From: Hyperthermus butylicus DSM 5456
GTDB taxonomy: Archaea; Thermoproteota; Thermoprotei_A; Sulfolobales; Pyrodictiaceae
Reading direction: 5' to 3'
DNA: 32,000 nucleotides
Assembly: GCF_000015145.1 (NCBI RefSeq)
Contig: NC_008818.1
Location: 390,001 to 422,000, forward strand
Shown here: in pieces, positions 27,415 to 32,000 of the stretch
How the letters are laid out: each line of letters starts with the position of its first letter
How positions within the stretch are numbered: the first letter of the stretch is position 1
The notes under the pieces: generated by a model
Databases searched by the model: none
The model's input: the letters and a program-made list of their open reading frames with translations, nothing else
Told to the model about the DNA's origin: nothing
Made by a program: the position numbers and the translations under genes

Positions 27415-28062
27415 CTAGCGGACTTCGTACATTAGTGGTGATACTACTACTGCTGGCTGTGGTTTGCCGTCTGGTCCGGGTACCGTGAGTAGCTTTGACT
27501 TGTATATCTCGACCTTTCTTAGCGGATAGATCTTCTTTGCTGCCTCGAATATCTCGTTGGCTAACTGGCCGAAGAGCATTGCTTTTATGAGTTCGTCTAG
27601 TGTCATCTCGGCTGCCCGCTTGGTTATTATCTCACCCATTATCTTACGTATAGCCCTCTTCTGGCTTGTCTTACACCTGTAGGTTGTGAGTACTACACCG
27701 GTTATCCTCAGCCCATAGCCATCCTTGGTCTGCACGTTGAATATACCCTGTATCTTGCTACTCTTCCTCCTTATGAGGCTCTTCATGTAGTCCCTTGCCA
27801 GCTCGTGACCCTTAAACCTCGTGTAGGCTTTCAAGTTCTCCTCATCGACATCTACAATCTGGAAGAAGAGGTGGACATGTACTAGCGAGAAGTCGCCGGT
27901 TATGTCGTATAGCGTCGTCTCCATAACCCTGCCTATCAGCTTTCTTGGATCGTCAGCTGGCGTGGTACCCAACACTACGTTACCAAACACGGGCGGTGCT
28001 ATAACCTCATACCACTTCTTGAGCCTCCACTTGTCGCGGATGCTAACCGCCCTACGACTCAT
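27415..28062 (-). CDS. rps3ae: 30S ribosomal protein S3ae (S1e)
   Basis: KWRLKKWYEVIAPPVFGNVVLGTTPADDPRKLIGRVMETTLYDITGDFS, and RRKSSKIQGIFNVQTKDGY...MGEIITKRAAEMTLDELI. Confidence 0.97.
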   Translation of the reverse strand: MSRRAVSIRDKWRLKKWYEVIAPPVFGNVVLGTTPADDPRKLIGRVMETTLYDITGDFSLVHVHLFFQIVDVDEENLKAYTRFKGHELARDYMKSLIRRKSSKIQGIFNVQTKDGYGLRITGVVLTTYRCKTSQKRAIRKIMGEIITKRAAEMTLDELIKAMLFGQLANEIFEAAKKIYPLRKVEIYKSKLLTVPGPDGKPQPAVVVSPLMYEVR

Positions 28063-28409
28063 TACCCGGTACCCCCGAGCCTGCCGTGTTGCTGGCCCGG
28101 CTCCTTTAAAGTCTTAGCAGTAGCTTCAAGTGTTTTGAGGAGGGCGTAGAGAAACTCCAGCATCTCGTCCACAGTGCTCCTTATGGAGCCAAGTTTCCTA
28201 GGGTTGTCAACATCAGCCTCTACGGTTATATGAAGCCCCTCATCGTCATAGGATTCGTTTATTCTCATCCAGCTTGGCGCCGTCTCGTCATCCGGCTTAA
28301 GTGCTTCTATAGCAGCTTCCGCAACACTCCTCTCAACACCATGTATCGTTAATGTTACCCTTATCCGGGCTTTGCTAGCAGCTTGCTGCATTAACCCACC
28401 CCCATACAC
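28062..28409 (-). CDS. pcc1: KEOPS complex subunit Pcc1-like (true start may be the ATG at 28391)
   Basis: About 100 aa: VAEAAIEALKPDDETAPSWMRINESYDDEGLHITVEADVDNPRKLGSIRSTVDEMLEFLYALLKTLE, typical of Pcc1/CGI-121-associated small subunit. Located between RecJ/Cdc45-like and S3ae. Confidence 0.8.
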   Translation of the reverse strand: MYGGGLMQQAASKARIRVTLTIHGVERSVAEAAIEALKPDDETAPSWMRINESYDDEGLHITVEADVDNPRKLGSIRSTVDEMLEFLYALLKTLEATAKTLKEPGQQHGRLGGTG

Positions 28410-29658
28410 TAGCCTCTATGGGTGCTATACAACCCGACTCTACGAGTTGCACTAGTTGCTGGTAGCCTAGACGGCTCGCAACCTCCTCAAGGCTTACAAG
28501 TAGCTTGTCTCCACTCCGTTTTGCTGGTATCTGCTCTGGTGCTAGGTAGCCCAGCTTGCGGAGCACACGATCAGCCAGAAGTACTGGCGTGTTCTCGCTG
28601 AATACTGCTAGCTGTAGCTTGCCAGCGCGCCTTGTCTCGTAGGTACTTGTACTAGATAGTACTTGCTCAGCCACTTGCACCACTATGCTGAAGTCCTTGA
28701 GGTAGCGTGTATAGGCTGCGGCTGCTGCAAGCCTCTCCTCAACACCCAGTGATAGGAGGCTGTAGAGGCCTACCCGCTCGGCATAGTCTGCCAGCACTAA
28801 GCTAGCCTCCCGCAGGTCTGGAAGCGGCGCGGTATAGCTCGTATAGATGAAGCCTATGACCTCTGAAGCTCTCCTTGGAACCCTGCTAGCCTTCTTCAGT
28901 ATTTCGTACAGCTTCTCGCCCAGCACTGTCAACGGGTGCTCCGGCGCCTCCGACACCCTCTTCCCTAAGAGTTGTGCTAGCCGCGGATCGCTCTTCAGAA
29001 ACTCCACCGCTGCATCACGGTTGCCTGTTAGCCCGGGAAGGTAGGGGTCTAGGGTTAACGCTAATGCCTCCTCGGTAGGCTCCAGCGCCCAGCGGAAAAG
29101 CCGAAGGGTAAACATCTCCTCAACACGGTTCTCAAGCTTCAGCAAGTCAAGCAGCGCGTTTTCGAACCCGGTAAACGACGCCTTCTTGCCCCGATCCAGC
29201 TCTCTCCAGTAGCCTGCTATAACACCATAAATCATAAACGGCCCTACTATCGTTACCTCGCTCAGCACTGCCGCCGTAAGCGCTGCCACACTAGAGTCGT
29301 TGACTACCGCTACGGGTATGGGTAGGATTCCCTGAGGCTGCTCCCCATAACCTATGAGGGCTGATGGCCTCCTCGCTGTAACCTCCTCAGCTACGCTAGC
29401 GGGATAGCCTATCAGTAAGCTTGGCTCGACGAGTTCGCCCGGAGGTTTGACTGTAAACCTAACAGCGTATGCGAGGTTATTGCGCTGTAGAACATTAACC
29501 ACTATCGCAGCCGCTAACGCAGCATCAATGGAGGGGAATACGTAGAGCCTGACAAATCCATACTCCTTTAGTGCTGCACCGAGCTGACTGGCAACAGGGC
29601 GGAGGAGGCGGGCCTCCTTTTCGCTTATAATTTTGGCAAAGGCCTCATCGAGGCTCAC
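28375..29658 (-). CDS. RecJ/DHH-superfamily homolog lacking catalytic motifs; candidate archaeal Cdc45-like replication factor
   Basis: VRLYVFPSIDAALAAAIVVNVLQRNNLAYAVRFTVKPPG at the DHH motif I position, without HxDxDG and without a DHH triad. Gene order S15 - this - Pcc1 - S3ae matches the crenarchaeal RecJ/Cdc45 context. Confidence 0.65.
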   Translation of the reverse strand: MSLDEAFAKIISEKEARLLRPVASQLGAALKEYGFVRLYVFPSIDAALAAAIVVNVLQRNNLAYAVRFTVKPPGELVEPSLLIGYPASVAEEVTARRPSALIGYGEQPQGILPIPVAVVNDSSVAALTAAVLSEVTIVGPFMIYGVIAGYWRELDRGKKASFTGFENALLDLLKLENRVEEMFTLRLFRWALEPTEEALALTLDPYLPGLTGNRDAAVEFLKSDPRLAQLLGKRVSEAPEHPLTVLGEKLYEILKKASRVPRRASEVIGFIYTSYTAPLPDLREASLVLADYAERVGLYSLLSLGVEERLAAAAAYTRYLKDFSIVVQVAEQVLSSTSTYETRRAGKLQLAVFSENTPVLLADRVLRKLGYLAPEQIPAKRSGDKLLVSLEEVASRLGYQQLVQLVESGCIAPIEASVWGWVNAASC

Positions 29659-29731
29659 ACTAAGCCCCCGCTAAACCCGTGCAAATCCGTGAAGAATTAA
29701 AATATCTAGATCCGTAGAGGGGTTCGGAAGG

Positions 29732-30217
29732 CTAACTTGCAGGCTTCTCCTCCCTGTAGAGGCCGCCTGCCACGAGCAGCTTAGCCTGCTGCGGATCGTA
29801 CTTCCAGTCCCTTGGCAACTTGCCGACGCGTTTGTAGTACTCTGCTAGCCTCCGAATCTTCGACTCTAGGTCTAGGAGGCCCTTCTTCGCATGAGTGTCC
29901 TTAGGGTGCTCCTCAAGGTGACGTCGGAGGTTAACAGCTTTCTCTATGAGACGGAAGAGGTCCTCAGGGACAACCATCTTTATGCCGCGCTCTTCTAGAA
30001 CCTCGGTTATCGACTTACCGAGGATAGGCTTAACCAACGGTATGCCAAATTGGTCTCTGAGAATTATTCCTATCATGCTGGGACCATAGCCCTTCCTTGC
30101 CAGGTCTACGATTATCTCCTCAATCTCCTCGGGGTCGTACTGTATCCACTTGGGCACGGTGGGTGTTGCAGGTCTTGTAGAGTGCGACCTACCCTTCTTC
30201 CTCCTCTTACCAGCCAC
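29732..30217 (-). CDS. rps15: 30S ribosomal protein S15 (S13e family)
   Basis: [60 protein letters not shown] and [40 protein letters not shown]. Confidence 0.97.
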   Translation of the reverse strand: MAGKRRKKGRSHSTRPATPTVPKWIQYDPEEIEEIIVDLARKGYGPSMIGIILRDQFGIPLVKPILGKSITEVLEERGIKMVVPEDLFRLIEKAVNLRRHLEEHPKDTHAKKGLLDLESKIRRLAEYYKRVGKLPRDWKYDPQQAKLLVAGGLYREEKPAS

Positions 30218-30253
30218 AAGACACCACCCCGTTCCCGGCGAGTGGGAGCTAGG

Positions 30254-30300
30254 CCCCAGCCCATCTAGGGGCTGGGGAGCCCCCTACTCCCGGGGGCTCC
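30254..30300 (-). promoter_or_regulatory. Tandem GC-rich hairpins in the probable 5' UTR of rps15
   Basis: CCCCAGCCC(30254-30262)/GGGCTGGGG(30269-30277) and GGAGCCCCC(30276-30284)/GGGGGCTCC(30292-30300), both perfect 9-bp. Minus-strand TATA-like CTTATAG at 30334-30340 lies upstream. Confidence 0.5.
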
Positions 30301-30363
30301 AGGTCTCGTTGCGCGGCTATGCCCGGTAGGGGGCTATAAGTAGTGCTATCGCTCGCAGCACTG

Positions 30364-30936
30364 CTATCGTGGCGGCCCGTATTGCCGTAGCCATCTGCAC
30401 AGCTCTCTGGCTGCCTTTCCGCGGTGCGAGAACTTGTTCTTCTCCTGGGTTTCCATCTCGGCAAAGGTCTTAGACGAGCCTTCGGGTATGAATACTGGAT
30501 CGTATCCGAAGCCCCTATCTCCGCGCGGCTTCTCAGCGATTACTCCGTGGACTGTACCGGTGAATACTTCCACGCCTCCACTATGAGCTAGGGCTATGAC
30601 GGATTTGAAGTATGCTCTTCGGTTTTCAACATCCTCCAGGAGTTTAAGCAGCCCCCTAATACCTATGGTTTTGAAGACGTAGGATGAGTAGGGTCCGGGG
30701 AACCCGCCGAGAGCTTCCACAAAGAGTCCCGCATCTTCTACTATTACTGGACGCTGTAAAGCCAAGTATGCTTGAATGGCTGCATAGGCGGCAACATCTT
30801 CGAGCCTATTGGACTGTACTTCTAGTTTTGATGCCGCTGCTGGCTCTACTCGGTAGCCGCAGCTCTGGAGTACCTCGTTTATCTCTTCAATCTTGTGCTT
30901 GTTTGTGGTCGCGATGAGGATTACTCTTGCCTCCAT
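30364..30936 (-). CDS. rdgB: XTP/dITP pyrophosphatase (RdgB/HAM1)
   Basis: ILIATTNKHKIEEINEVL, PVIVEDAGLFVEALGGFPGPYSSYVFKTIG, RGDRGFGYDPVFIPEGSSKTFAEM...EKNKFSHRGKAA. Confidence 0.96.
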   Translation of the reverse strand: MEARVILIATTNKHKIEEINEVLQSCGYRVEPAAASKLEVQSNRLEDVAAYAAIQAYLALQRPVIVEDAGLFVEALGGFPGPYSSYVFKTIGIRGLLKLLEDVENRRAYFKSVIALAHSGGVEVFTGTVHGVIAEKPRGDRGFGYDPVFIPEGSSKTFAEMETQEKNKFSHRGKAARELCRWLRQYGPPR

Positions 30937-31628
30937 GCTGTCCTCCTCTCCGCCCTATAGCGGCCCATGAGCCTTATCTCCCTCACAAGCTCCATAATCC
31001 TTTCCGTCTTATCGGCACCCCGCACACTGCGGTAGCCCTCAAGGAAGGCTTCAAGCATTTCCTCGACGGCTTCAGGGTGTGTCGATTCTAGGCTGCGCAT
31101 GTAGAGGTGCACGTCCACAGCTTGTTCACGTTCGCTGCTCTTTAGCGAGGCCAGCCCAAAGTCTATGAGGAATATGTTATCGCCAGCTACAAGTACGTTA
31201 CTCGTTGTAAGATCTCCGTGGCTTATACCTGCCTCGTGCAGTTTTGCAGCGTAGGTCCCGAATAGTCTTGCGAGGCTTCTCGCCCTGGGGTCGCCCGCCT
31301 CTATAAGGTCAGCCAGCTTCACACCATTGATATACTCCATTACTATGATGCTGCAGAGAGGATCCACATAGTATAGCTTTGGCACGGGAACCCCTGCTTC
31401 GAGAGCTGCAAGCATTGCACGAGCCTCGGTCACCGTGCGTCTCCACCGGAGTCTAGTATCTAGTGCTGCGTGACGGTAACGCTTTGGAAGGCGAAGCTTT
31501 AGCACCGCTCTTTCTCCGAGCCAGTCTATGAGGTAGAGGTAGGCCTCAGCACCCCGAGCAATGGGCTCTCCTAGCGTCTCGACTAGCTGTTCTACCTCCA
31601 CGGGATCTCCACCACATCTAGTCTCCAT
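30921..31628 (-). CDS. bud32: KEOPS kinase Bud32
   Basis: IARGAEAYLYLIDWLGERAVLKLRLPKRYRHAALDTRLRWRRTVTEARAM, IVMEYINGVKLAD, ISHGDLTTSNVLVAGDNIFLIDFGLA. Confidence 0.95.
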   Translation of the reverse strand: METRCGGDPVEVEQLVETLGEPIARGAEAYLYLIDWLGERAVLKLRLPKRYRHAALDTRLRWRRTVTEARAMLAALEAGVPVPKLYYVDPLCSIIVMEYINGVKLADLIEAGDPRARSLARLFGTYAAKLHEAGISHGDLTTSNVLVAGDNIFLIDFGLASLKSSEREQAVDVHLYMRSLESTHPEAVEEMLEAFLEGYRSVRGADKTERIMELVREIRLMGRYRAERRTAWRQE

Positions 31629-32000
31629 CGCTGCTTCACCACCGACTCCTCGACATCAACCGTTATCCCTGCAAGATAGTTGAGAAGACCTGTCCAGGCT
31701 ATCATTGCACCGTTATCACCAGCTAGCTGTGGTGGCGGCCAATCCGCTACAGCACCGTGGTATGATGCCATGCTTCTAACCTTGTTGCGAAGTATTGGGC
31801 TTGCTGCTACACCGCCCGTTAACATCACCGATTTCTTCCTCGTGTGAGCCAGCGCCCTTTCAGTAACCTCGACAACACTACCATAGGCTACCTCGCGTAG
31901 GCCTAGACATACCGCAGCCTTCTCATCCTCGCTACCAGCCTTAGTCCATAGCCGTAGAGCCGCTGTTAGGAGCCCCGAGAACGAGACATCCATACCCTTG
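31592..32000 (-). CDS. kae1: Kae1/TsaD-like N6-threonylcarbamoyladenosine synthase, C-terminal part (continues beyond window)
   Basis: GMDVSFSGLLTAAL, VMLTGGVAASPILRNKVRSM, PPQLAGDNGAMIAWTGLLNY. Frame stays open at the window end. Confidence 0.93.
   Translation of the reverse strand, partial: KGMDVSFSGLLTAALRLWTKAGSEDEKAAVCLGLREVAYGSVVEVTERALAHTRKKSVMLTGGVAASPILRNKVRSMASYHGAVADWPPPQLAGDNGAMIAWTGLLNYLAGITVDVEESVVKQRWRLDVVEIPWR

Overview
This window is dense, GC-rich chromosomal DNA from what looks like a hyperthermophilic crenarchaeon. Archaeal S3ae and S15, KEOPS subunits, an archaeal ATP-dependent DNA ligase and TATA-like promoters support this. The likely order is Desulfurococcales/Pyrodictiaceae-type, which is inference only. 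I see about 27 supportable protein-coding genes. They include two divergent PP-loop/PAPS-reductase-like ATPases, an ABC permease plus solute-binding protein, and a TldD/PmbA pair. They also include a rhomboid protease with a long C-terminal extension, a solo Cas4-like protein with eroded nuclease motifs, and a KaiC-like ATPase. Two CBS-containing transporters, a DNA ligase and a metallophosphoesterase follow. The right end is a cluster of S3ae, Pcc1, an inactive RecJ/Cdc45-like protein, S15, XTP/dITPase, Bud32 and Kae1. The most interesting non-coding signal is a candidate C/D-box sRNA at about 11508-11578. Its D-box guide matches the highly conserved LSU rRNA segment CUUGAAACAC. Other leads are tandem 9-bp hairpins upstream of rps15 and the degenerate Cas4-like protein. 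I see no CRISPR array, transposon, tRNA or rRNA, and no clear multi-gene defence system. All family calls are by eye from motifs, and no searches were run.
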